From positions 64,001 through 128,000 of the forward strand of contig CBDCDC010000001.1 in NCBI GenBank assembly GCA_965215195.1: 64,000 nucleotides of DNA, given 5' to 3'. This DNA is from Candidatus Latescibacterota bacterium (GTDB taxonomy: Bacteria > Latescibacterota > UBA2968 > UBA8231). Position 1 is the first letter of the stretch, and each line of letters starts with the position of its first letter. This document shows positions 47,346-55,799 of this stretch, piece by piece. The position numbers were made by a program, and so were the translations under genes. The notes under the pieces are model-generated. The model saw only the letters and a list, made by a program, of their open reading frames with translations, ran no database searches and was not told where the DNA came from.

Positions 47346-47723
47346 TCACACGGTAATAAGCCCCTGTTGCGCGGCCAGCGCCACGGCCTCGGTGCGGTTG
47401 CCAGCCCCCAACTTGCGCAGCAGGGCGCTGACATGGAACTTGGCGGTGCGCTCGCCAATGTGCAGGACGGCGGCGATTTCCTTGTTCTGCAACCCCTTGG
47501 CCAACAGTTCGAGCACTTCCCGCTCGCACGGCGTCAATCCAGCCGGCGCACTCTCCCCGCTGAGCTGGCCGAGCAAGCGCGCGGCGACCACCGGCTGCAA
47601 GAGCGACCCCCCGGCATAGACTATGCGAATGGCCTGAAAAACCTCTTCCCGCGGCGCGCTCTTGAGCAGATAGCCCTGCGCCCCGGCCTGCACGGCGCGC
47701 AAAATCCGCTCATCCGTGTCAAA
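47346..47723 (-). pseudogene. NarL/LuxR-family response regulator, 5' truncated
   Basis: FDTDERILRAVQAGAQGYLLK and HTH LTPCEREVLELLAKGLQNKEIA...TAKFHVS. The N-terminal receiver half, including the phospho-Asp, is replaced by IS sequence. Confidence 0.85.
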
Positions 47724-47941
47724 ATTGGTCGTTGTATAATCGCGCGTTGGTCGCTCGGGGGAGCCTGACGGTGTGGCTGGACGATTGTTTGTGGAAGCAA
47801 TGGTATGCTCAGGGGCCGTCGCAACGGGGTGCTCAGTTTGTGTGTTCGGATCCAACGATTGCATGGATTTTGACGATGCGGATGTTGCTTCAGTTGCCGT
47901 TGCGCCAGACGCAGGGCTTTATCCAATCGCTTTTGGGTCTG
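47723..47941 (+). mobile_element. IS5-family (IS903-like) transposase N-terminal fragment
   Basis: NWSLYNRALVARGSLTVW...RGAQFVCSD...LPLRQTQGFIQSLL. No DDE core follows. Confidence 0.8.
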
Positions 47942-48135
47942 AGATTCATGCAACAACGCCCGGTCGAACTGTCAAAAAGGACAGGCTTCGTGCTGAACTT
48001 TTTGACAGATATAAATCTGTTCTATTGTACGATGCGGAGGGTTTTGTAGGAGCTATATTTTTAGTATTTCTAGACAGGGAGTAAATGGCCCCTATTTGAT
48101 GGGTTGTAAAATCACAGCACAGAGGAGGTATTCCG

Positions 48136-49086
48136 ATGATCAATTTTGAATTTCTCAAGAAAGGTCTTTTCGGCTTGAGCCGTGCATACCGGGCAAATAC
48201 CATGACTGGACATCTGGGCGCAGCCGTCGTCGCTGGATACTTCTTTAGCGAACGACATCCCCAACTTGACTCCAAGGTTCACGCAGGTATCGAGAATGAG
48301 CTGAGTCGTATCATCCAAGGCGAAGAGTTGGCGTTTAATCCAAGAAAAGACGATGACATTGCGGTTCCTGAGCTGTTTGAACCACACTCTGAAGAAAAAC
48401 CACGAGAAGACCAAATCGAGCGTATTGCACAGGCGCTGTCCCACAATATCGACAAGACGCGTCAGTCAGGACACAACGTGATTTTTGCTGCTATTGCGAT
48501 TCGGGCCCTTAAAGACCATCCAGAGTATGCGACACCATCCATCATCGAAGGCATCTCCAGGTTGATCCGAGGCTTCGACGATGAATCCCCTGGAAACGGG
48601 TACTACGGAAAGACCATTGGCCGGATCGATGGTAACAAAGTTTCCTTGAATGAGGATGACGATTTTCCACTGTATTCCGATCAACAGGCAATGGCGGAAG
48701 TGGTGCTGGACGAATTAATTCATAAGGCTGCCGAGCGCCGACAGGGGTTTGGCGGACTCCACCATATTATCAACCATGCCGCTGCGCTGACTGAGCTATC
48801 ACAATATGGCTACAAGGAATTAGGGGAAATGGGCCTTAGGGCGCACCAGCAGCATATGCGATTGTGGAGATCATTGCCAAACGTATCGAACGAATTGGGC
48901 GCTGAAAAACCGGTGGAACATGATCCCAGAATACCGGCTTTTTGGGACTCTTTAAGAGTTGAGAAAGGGCGCGCTAAACTCACGCACCGAATCAAGACAC
49001 TCTACGGTTTTTTTACGCTCGTTCGGCTTATTGACGATTCGACCAAGGCTAGGGAGGCTGAAGATAAGCTCCGTTATCTCATGTAA
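48136..49086 (+). CDS. Hypothetical protein with four His motifs (paralog of 46352-47200)
   Basis: GGAGGT RBS, lower GC, and motifs TGHLG, SGHNVI, LHHII, LTHRIK. Confidence 0.78.
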   Translation: MINFEFLKKGLFGLSRAYRANTMTGHLGAAVVAGYFFSERHPQLDSKVHAGIENELSRIIQGEELAFNPRKDDDIAVPELFEPHSEEKPREDQIERIAQALSHNIDKTRQSGHNVIFAAIAIRALKDHPEYATPSIIEGISRLIRGFDDESPGNGYYGKTIGRIDGNKVSLNEDDDFPLYSDQQAMAEVVLDELIHKAAERRQGFGGLHHIINHAAALTELSQYGYKELGEMGLRAHQQHMRLWRSLPNVSNELGAEKPVEHDPRIPAFWDSLRVEKGRAKLTHRIKTLYGFFTLVRLIDDSTKAREAEDKLRYLM

Positions 49087-49329
49087 TGGTCACTCAAAAA
49101 AAAGGGAACGTCGCTATCGATCATACCCAACGCGTCATTATCTTAAACGAATATTGCTTTTGTGCGCCCTTCAAAAAGCCACTTAACTGCCTGATATTAT
49201 TTGATATACGCCGCTATCATCTCACCTGCCAGATCCGAGTACAAGGTATAGCGGTCCTTGACTAGGCGCAGATTCTCCTGCGCTTGGTCCACTGTGCGCT
49301 GAAAAACAAAAACAAGGGGATATAGAAGA

Positions 49330-49353
49330 AAGCCCCTGAAAAATCAGGGGCTT
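49330..49353 (-). terminator. tRNA terminator hairpin
   Basis: AAGCCCCTGA-TTTT-TCAGGGGCTT, followed by TCTTCT on the minus strand. Confidence 0.75.
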
Positions 49354-49359
49354 AGAAGA

Positions 49360-49436
49360 TGGTGGGCAATCGCAGACTTGAACTGCGGACCTCCTGCATG
49401 TCAAGCAGGCGCTCTAGCCAGCTGAGCTAATCGCCC
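49360..49436 (-). tRNA. tRNA-Val (GAC)
   Basis: GGGCGATTAGCTCAGCTGGCTAGAGCG CCTGC TT-GAC-AT GCAGG AGGTCCGCAGTTCAAGTCTGCGATTGCCCACCA. Confidence 0.95.
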
Positions 49437-49517
49437 TCATGTTGCCTAATTGCAAACGGGCCAATAATATATCCCCGCATACCAACTGCGTCAAGGTCGC
49501 ACGGAGAGGAGAGCAAA

Positions 49518-50570
49518 ATGCCCACCACCTACCGAGTTGGACTCATCGGCTGCGGGCGCATGGGTGCCACCATCGACGACGAAGTCAAAGGCGGCCCCAA
49601 TGCCCGGCTCTATCTGCCGTATTCGCATGCGGCGGCCATCGTCGCCTGCGAGCGCATGGAACTGGTCGCTGTCTGCGACCCGGTCAAGGAGAAGGCCGAA
49701 CGCATCCGCGCCCGCTACGGTGCCCAACGAGCCTATGCCGATTACAGGGAAATGATTGAGCACGAAAATCTCGACGTGGTCAGCATTGCCACCCGACCGG
49801 GCCCGCACGCCGAGCAGGTGATTTTCGCGGCCGAGGCCGGCGTCAAAGGCGTCTACTGCGAGAAGGCACTGTGCAACGCGGTACACGAGATGGACGCGAT
49901 GCTCGCCGCTTGCGAGCCGCGTGGCGTCAAATTCAACTACGGCACCCAGCGGCGCTACGCCGCACTCTACCGCAATGCGCGGGCGCTGATCGAGCGCGGC
50001 GACATCGGTCAGGTGCAGACGGTCGTGGCTCATTGCGGGATCAGCGTGGCGCAATGGGGCCACACGCACGCAGCCGACATGATGCTCTTTTTCGCGCTGG
50101 ATGCAGCGGCGGAATTCGCCCAAGGGACGGCACAGGCAGAGGCCGCGGATTGGGAGGGCGACTGGCTTACCAAGGACCCGGCGATCAGCAGCGGATACGT
50201 AAAGTTCAAAAACGGGATCCACGCCTATCTGGTGGGAGCGCCCGGCTGGGAGTTTGAAATCAGCGGCACCGAGGGCCAGCTACGCACTTTGAGCAACGGG
50301 ATGGGCTATAGCTTGCGCCAGAAAGACCAGCACGGGGAATTGCGCCCGGTGGCCGCGCCCGCAGCTATCGTTGAGAGCGGTACGCTGCGCGGGATGGAGG
50401 ACATCGTCCGGGCACTCGACGAGGATGGCGATACCCAAGGCAATCTGCCGCTCGCCTGTCGCAGCCAAGAGCTAATTTTCGCAATCGTGGAGTCGCATCG
50501 GCAGGGTGGGGCGCGGGTGGCCTTGCCGCTGGAGAACCGGGCCTTGTCGATTGCTCCAGATCACTACTAG
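49518..50570 (+). CDS. Gfo/Idh/MocA family oxidoreductase
   Basis: RVGLIGCGRMG, LDVVSIAT, VYCEKAL and GTQRRY. Confidence 0.9.
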   Translation: MPTTYRVGLIGCGRMGATIDDEVKGGPNARLYLPYSHAAAIVACERMELVAVCDPVKEKAERIRARYGAQRAYADYREMIEHENLDVVSIATRPGPHAEQVIFAAEAGVKGVYCEKALCNAVHEMDAMLAACEPRGVKFNYGTQRRYAALYRNARALIERGDIGQVQTVVAHCGISVAQWGHTHAADMMLFFALDAAAEFAQGTAQAEAADWEGDWLTKDPAISSGYVKFKNGIHAYLVGAPGWEFEISGTEGQLRTLSNGMGYSLRQKDQHGELRPVAAPAAIVESGTLRGMEDIVRALDEDGDTQGNLPLACRSQELIFAIVESHRQGGARVALPLENRALSIAPDHY

Positions 50571-50663
50571 CGCCAATGCAGGTCAGCGTTGTCTCCTACG
50601 AGAAACGCTTCAAAATGAAGCTCAGGGTGCATTTCTCCCTCGCGTTCAATAGAGCACTTCTTT

Positions 50664-51791
50664 TTAGAAATACGTCATCAGCTTGTCCCAAAGCCCCATG
50701 CGGCCGATGCTCTTTTCAGCGTGGATGGGCACCTCGGCCAATAGGCTATCGCCCAGCGAGACCCGCAGCTTGCCCAGCGCGTCGCCAGCAGCGACCGGTG
50801 CCGGCAATTCCTCGGGTAGCTCTAGGTGGCGGACGATCTGTTTCTCCTGTTCGGGGCTGAGCACGGCGACTACAGTGTCTTGGGCCAAGACGCGCACCTC
50901 TGGCTCTATTCCCCAGTTGAGCACGACCTTGCCCATCAGCTCGCCGGTTTCGACGAGGGGTACGCGAGAGAAGCTATTAAAGCCCCAGTTTAGCAGACGG
51001 CTGGTCTCGCGCGTGCGGACGCGCCCCGATGGAGCACCTAAGATCACCGAGATCAGGCGCATCTCGTGGCGCTCGGCCGTGGCGACCAGACAGTACCCGG
51101 CGCGGCGGGTATAGCCAGTCTTAAACCCGTCAACTCCCCGGAACCTCCCTAGGAGCTTGTTGGTGGCGCGGAGCATAAACTTGCCGTTGCGGAACGGCTT
51201 GGAGCGAATGGAGGACCAAGCCAAAATTTCGGGGTACTCCAAGAGCGCACCGGCAATTTTGGAGAGGTCGCGAGCCGTAGTGATGTTGCTCTCGTTGCGA
51301 GGGGTATCGTCGAGACCATGCACGTTGACGAAGCGCGTGTCCGTCATGCCGAGGCTTTGGGCGCGGCTGTTCATCAGATCGACGAAGCCCTCGGCCGAGC
51401 CGCCGACGTGCTCGGCGATGGCGACGCAGGCATCGTTGGCCGAGGCGATGACGACCGTCTCCATGAGCTGCTCCAGTGTAAAGACTTCGCCTTGGGCTAG
51501 ATAGACCTGAGAGCCACCGGTTCTGGCGGCGCGGCGGGAGGCTTGAATCGGGTCGTCCAGAGCGACCTTACCGGCTTTGACCAAGTCCATGACCACCAGT
51601 TCGAGCATCAGCTTGAGGGTGCTGGCGGGCGAGCGCGGCAAATCTGGCTTGTGGGCAAAGAGCACGGCACCGCTTTCGGCTTCGAGCAAGATGGCGGCGG
51701 CATACGGTGGGTTTGGGCCGGGGTCGAAGGAGGCGGCTTGAAGCGGTACATACGACAGACATAAGGCGACACACAGCGAGCGAATGTACAT
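50664..51791 (-). CDS. D-alanyl-D-alanine carboxypeptidase (PBP5/DacA family)
   Basis: Signal peptide, SxxK (ASTLK), SxN (ASAND), KTG (GFKTGYT) and a PBP5 C-terminal domain. Confidence 0.92.
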   Translation of the reverse strand: MYIRSLCVALCLSYVPLQAASFDPGPNPPYAAAILLEAESGAVLFAHKPDLPRSPASTLKLMLELVVMDLVKAGKVALDDPIQASRRAARTGGSQVYLAQGEVFTLEQLMETVVIASANDACVAIAEHVGGSAEGFVDLMNSRAQSLGMTDTRFVNVHGLDDTPRNESNITTARDLSKIAGALLEYPEILAWSSIRSKPFRNGKFMLRATNKLLGRFRGVDGFKTGYTRRAGYCLVATAERHEMRLISVILGAPSGRVRTRETSRLLNWGFNSFSRVPLVETGELMGKVVLNWGIEPEVRVLAQDTVVAVLSPEQEKQIVRHLELPEELPAPVAAGDALGKLRVSLGDSLLAEVPIHAEKSIGRMGLWDKLMTYF

Positions 51792-51973
51792 TGTCTCTCT
51801 CGATCAAAAAGCGGACGGGGATTACAAAACGCGGGGTTGCACAATGGGGTGTTTTCAAATGTAATAGCTCAGCCATTTTAGGTCAATCGCCGATCTAGCG
51901 GTCGGTGGAAAAAGCGTTGCACCGTTTGCACACGAGGGCCAGCAGCGTAATTTTAGACCAGAAAGGACAACAG

Positions 51974-52957
51974 ATGACTGCGGCAACCATGCCTCAACTC
52001 ACGTATAGTGGCAAGCCGGTCGCCATGGATCAGGTAGGCGAGCTTTGCCGCTCGGATGATGTAATCGACGATCGGGACGCGCTCTGGGAGCGGATGGAAG
52101 AAGACGGGTATTTGTTTTTGCCCGGGTATTTGGACCGGCGCGACGTGTTGGCGGCACGGGCAGAATTGTGCGAGCGCCTCTTCAAGTCCGGGGTGCTAGA
52201 CCCAGCACATCCACCCATGGAAGGCGTAGTGGCCACGGACAAGACGATCAATCCGGCGGCCACCGGCCCGTTTATGCCAATTTTAGCGCGCAACAACCCG
52301 CCTCTGGACAAGGTCCTCTACGACGGCCCGATGATGGCCTTTTACGAGTTCTTCTTGGGAGGGCCGGTCCGGCATTACGACTACACTTGGTTCCGCGCCA
52401 AGCAGCCGGGTACGCATACGGCCACGACCCCGCATTGCGACATCGTCTATATGGGCCGAGGGACCAAGGCGCTCTATACGTCGTGGACGCCCTTCAGCGA
52501 CGTGCCCTACGAAATGGGCGGCCTGATGGTGTTGGAGGGATCGCACCAAAACCAAGCTCTGAAACAAGGCTACGGCCAAACCGACGTGGATGCGTTTTGC
52601 GAAAACGACGGCCCCACAGCGCGCCAAATCGTCGCGGCCGCTCAAGAGCAGGGCCGCGAGTTGACCAAGCGGGAACGCGAGCAAATTCGCTGGAACTCGT
52701 CCGGGGCCTATGCACACGACGCGATTGCCGTGCGCGAGGAGCTACAGGGCCGTTGGCTGACGGCCGAGTACCAGATGGGGGATTTGCTGGTCTTCTGCAT
52801 GTATCTGTTGCACGCCAGCTCAGACAACCAGACGGACCGCATTCGCCTCTCGGCCGATACGCGCTACCAGCGTTCCCACGAGCCAATCGACGAGCGCTGG
52901 ATCGGCCACGACCCGCCCGCGCACGGCATCCGCGCCAAGCGGGGCATGGTGTGCTGA
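51974..52957 (+). CDS. Phytanoyl-CoA dioxygenase (PhyH) family Fe/2OG enzyme
   Basis: DGYLFLPG, HxD (TPHCD), GGLMVLEGSH, distal His (LLHAS) and RLSADTRY. Confidence 0.88.
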   Translation: MTAATMPQLTYSGKPVAMDQVGELCRSDDVIDDRDALWERMEEDGYLFLPGYLDRRDVLAARAELCERLFKSGVLDPAHPPMEGVVATDKTINPAATGPFMPILARNNPPLDKVLYDGPMMAFYEFFLGGPVRHYDYTWFRAKQPGTHTATTPHCDIVYMGRGTKALYTSWTPFSDVPYEMGGLMVLEGSHQNQALKQGYGQTDVDAFCENDGPTARQIVAAAQEQGRELTKREREQIRWNSSGAYAHDAIAVREELQGRWLTAEYQMGDLLVFCMYLLHASSDNQTDRIRLSADTRYQRSHEPIDERWIGHDPPAHGIRAKRGMVC

Positions 52958-53548
52958 TTAATTGACCGAAGGATCTTCGGGAAATACCGACATAGGGCGA
53001 TATTTGCCCCCCATGGAGTAGAGCACTGCTTGCCAAATGGTTTCGGGCGCGGGGGCGAGGACCAGCTCGGGGTCGCCCGGGGCCAAAAACCAAGTGCCAG
53101 CGCCAATCTCGGATTCGAGCTGGCCTGGCTCCCAGCCGGCATAGCCCAAGTAGAATCGCAGCCGCGGTGCGTCGGCCCGGAGCACCTCGGCTTCGGCGTA
53201 CTGGGTATCGAGGTTGCCGCCCATATAGAGGCCGTCGAGAATTTTCGTACCCCCTTTGACTAGGCCGTCGAGCCGGTGCAAAAAGAAAAGATAGCGCTGG
53301 TGTACTGGCCCGCCCTGATAGAAAATCCGCCCCAACTCCGCACACGCCTCTTCGCTGCCCGCGAGGTGTTGCAGGGACCCGGTCGCATAGCGCCGCACCC
53401 GCTCGCCGAGGGGCCGGTTGATCACCAAGCCCATGGTGAGGTCTGTTTCGCTGTAGTGGGTAATGAGCACGACCGCGCGGTCAAAGGCGAACGATTCGAG
53501 CGCAGGACTAGCAACCAACAGAGTTCCGGTTTGGAGCGGTGCGGGCAT
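52958..53548 (-). CDS. YqgE/AlgH family protein (DUF179)
   Basis: FDRAVVLI, GLVINRP, YQGGPV and FYLGYAGWEPGQLESEI. Confidence 0.92.
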   Translation of the reverse strand: MPAPLQTGTLLVASPALESFAFDRAVVLITHYSETDLTMGLVINRPLGERVRRYATGSLQHLAGSEEACAELGRIFYQGGPVHQRYLFFLHRLDGLVKGGTKILDGLYMGGNLDTQYAEAEVLRADAPRLRFYLGYAGWEPGQLESEIGAGTWFLAPGDPELVLAPAPETIWQAVLYSMGGKYRPMSVFPEDPSVN

Positions 53549-53616
53549 GACAGGTATCAGGTGTGGCGAGTGCCGCTATGGACGATAACAAAGATCGCGC
53601 GGCAAAACAACCTCGC

Positions 53617-54774
53617 TCAAGGGTACGCCAAGTAGCGGCGGCGAATGGCGTCAAAGGCTTGGCACGCCTCGGCCCAAGCGGCCTGTAGCTCGGCGACAGC
53701 CGCGCCCGCGTCGAGTGCGCGGCGGATCTGGTCGGTGCCGGCGAGGCAGTCGAAGTTGTGGATGCCGCCGGTGGGTACGCGCCAAGCGAATTCGCGCGGA
53801 TAGAGGCGACGCACGGCCGCGAGGGCCTCAAAGCCAACGCCCACAGGCTCAAAGGCCATGCGATCGAGGACGTGGACTTGGACGCCTTGGCAGGTTTCGC
53901 CCGCGTACTTGCCGGCCGTCGGCTGGAAAAACACCGGGCGGAAGCCCACCCCGGGCAGCGCTCGGCTGTTGAGCGCGTCGGCTAGGTGCGCCCCGTCGAT
54001 AAACGGCGCGCCAAACTGCTCAAAAGGCTTGGCCGTTCCCCGTCCTTCAGACACGTTGGTCCCCTCGAAAAAGCAGGTTCCCGGATAGATCACGGCCGTC
54101 TGCGGGCTGGGCATGTTGGGCGACGGCGGCACCCACGGCAGGCCGGTGTCCTCCCAGTAAAAAGAGCGCTGCCAGCCCTCCATAGCGACGACGTGCAGGT
54201 CCGCGCCGATTCCGTATTCCTCGTTGAAGAGCCGGGCGAGCTCGCCGATGCTCAGGCCGTAGCGCACCGGGATCGGGTACTGCCCCACGAAAGAGGCAAA
54301 CCCCGGGTCGAGACAATTTCCGGCGATGGCTTGGCCGCCAATGGGGTTGGGGCGGTCGAGGACGAGGAAGGGGATGCCCACTTGGGCACAGGCGGCCATG
54401 CTCAGGCTCATAGTGTAGAGATAGGTGTAAAAGCGCGCGCCGACGTCTTGAATGTCAAAGAGCATCAGCTCGACGCTGGCGAGCATGGCCGCGTTGGGTG
54501 CTCGCACTGGGCCGTAGAGGCTATAGGCCGGTACGCCGGTGCGCTCATCCGTGAAATGGGCGATGCGCTCGCCGTCCTGCGCTGCGCCGCGGATCCCGTG
54601 TTCCGGCCCGTACAAGGCGACGAGCGCACAGAGATCGGACTGGTGCAGCCGGTCGGCTGTGGATTGCAGGCACGCATCAACCCCTGAGTGATTGGTAATC
54701 AGGCCGACGCGCCGGTCGCGGATCAGGTCGCTGGCCGCGAGCAGGCGTTCGCAGCCGAGGACGACGCGGCTCAT
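53617..54774 (-). CDS. namZ: DUF1343 / exo-beta-N-acetylmuramidase NamZ family
   Basis: GLITNHSG, GPEHGIRG, FDIQDVGARFYTY, LDRPNPIGG, WVPPSPNMP and SEGRGT. Confidence 0.85.
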   Translation of the reverse strand: MSRVVLGCERLLAASDLIRDRRVGLITNHSGVDACLQSTADRLHQSDLCALVALYGPEHGIRGAAQDGERIAHFTDERTGVPAYSLYGPVRAPNAAMLASVELMLFDIQDVGARFYTYLYTMSLSMAACAQVGIPFLVLDRPNPIGGQAIAGNCLDPGFASFVGQYPIPVRYGLSIGELARLFNEEYGIGADLHVVAMEGWQRSFYWEDTGLPWVPPSPNMPSPQTAVIYPGTCFFEGTNVSEGRGTAKPFEQFGAPFIDGAHLADALNSRALPGVGFRPVFFQPTAGKYAGETCQGVQVHVLDRMAFEPVGVGFEALAAVRRLYPREFAWRVPTGGIHNFDCLAGTDQIRRALDAGAAVAELQAAWAEACQAFDAIRRRYLAYP

Positions 54775-55799
54775 GGCTCGGGCACGAGCGCGGAGGTGCG
54801 CTGGACGCGGCGAGCAAGGTACTGGTAGAGGATGCTGCCCGCATAGACGCCATCGCGTGCGACGGATGCGCAGCGGGTGGCTTGGCTCTGACGGCGGCGG
54901 CGATAGATGTTGCGCGGATGCACGAGGCACCAAAGCAAGGCGGCACAAGGAGCTGGGGCGCTGGACCACCGGCCTTGGACGACGTAGTAGAGCGCGGCGA
55001 ACACCTCTAACCACAGGCGCAGGGGCAGCAGCCACAGCAGGCGGCGCAGCCTTTCGTTTTTGCACAGCGTGATGAGGCTGTTGCGGTGGTTGAAGTACGC
55101 CTTGCGGAAGGTGGCCGGAGGCTGGGAAAAGCCCGAGTGGTGCAAGACCACGGATTGCGGCACGGCGCGGATCTGGTAGCCAGCGAGTTGGAGACGCCAG
55201 CACAAGTCGATTTCCTCAAAGTGCATGAAGTACTCGGGGTCGAAAAATCCGACTTGGCGCACCGCAGCGACGCGGAGGAAAAGGGCTGCGCCGCAGGCCC
55301 AAAAGAGCGGTACGGGCGCGTCGTATTGGCCCTCGTCGCGCTCGCAGCGGTCGAAGAGCCGCCCCCGACAAAACGCGTACCCCAAGGCGTCGATATAGCC
55401 GCCGGCGCCGCCGCCGTAGTCGAAGTGCTCGGGTGCGCTGGCCGAGCGCAGCTTGGGCTGGCAGGCCGCGATCCGCGGGTTGCTGTCGGCCATGGCGACG
55501 AGGGGGGCGAGCCAGTTCGGCTCGACGCGCGTGTCGTCGTTGAGCAGCACGGCGTAGCGGGTGTGGGCGGCCGCCAAACCGCGGTTGCAGGCCGCGGCAA
55601 ACCCGAGATTGCGCTCGTTGGTCAAGACCTTTAGCTCGGGAAAGGCGGCTTGGGCCCGCTGCAAGCTCGGCGCGTTGCCACCGTCGTCAACCACGAGCAC
55701 ACAGACGGGATGATCACTGTGGGCATAGACCGCGCCCACGCAGTCGTAGAGCACGTCCGCACGGTAGTGCGGGATGACAATGGTGACGGCCTCAGTCAT
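54771..55799 (-). CDS. Glycosyltransferase family 2
   Basis: NLGFAAACNRG, LLNDD, WACGAA and FMHFEEIDLCWRL. Confidence 0.9.
   Translation of the reverse strand: MTEAVTIVIPHYRADVLYDCVGAVYAHSDHPVCVLVVDDGGNAPSLQRAQAAFPELKVLTNERNLGFAAACNRGLAAAHTRYAVLLNDDTRVEPNWLAPLVAMADSNPRIAACQPKLRSASAPEHFDYGGGAGGYIDALGYAFCRGRLFDRCERDEGQYDAPVPLFWACGAALFLRVAAVRQVGFFDPEYFMHFEEIDLCWRLQLAGYQIRAVPQSVVLHHSGFSQPPATFRKAYFNHRNSLITLCKNERLRRLLWLLPLRLWLEVFAALYYVVQGRWSSAPAPCAALLWCLVHPRNIYRRRRQSQATRCASVARDGVYAGSILYQYLARRVQRTSALVPEP

Noticed and set aside
45965-49360. tRNA-integrated element with an att duplication
   Set aside because: No copy of the tRNA-Val 3' end was found at the far boundary, and there is no integrase.
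54775-55203. 528-aa version of the NamZ ORF
   Set aside because: The extension overlaps the GT2 gene in another frame. The ATGA-coupled start at 54774 fits the family.
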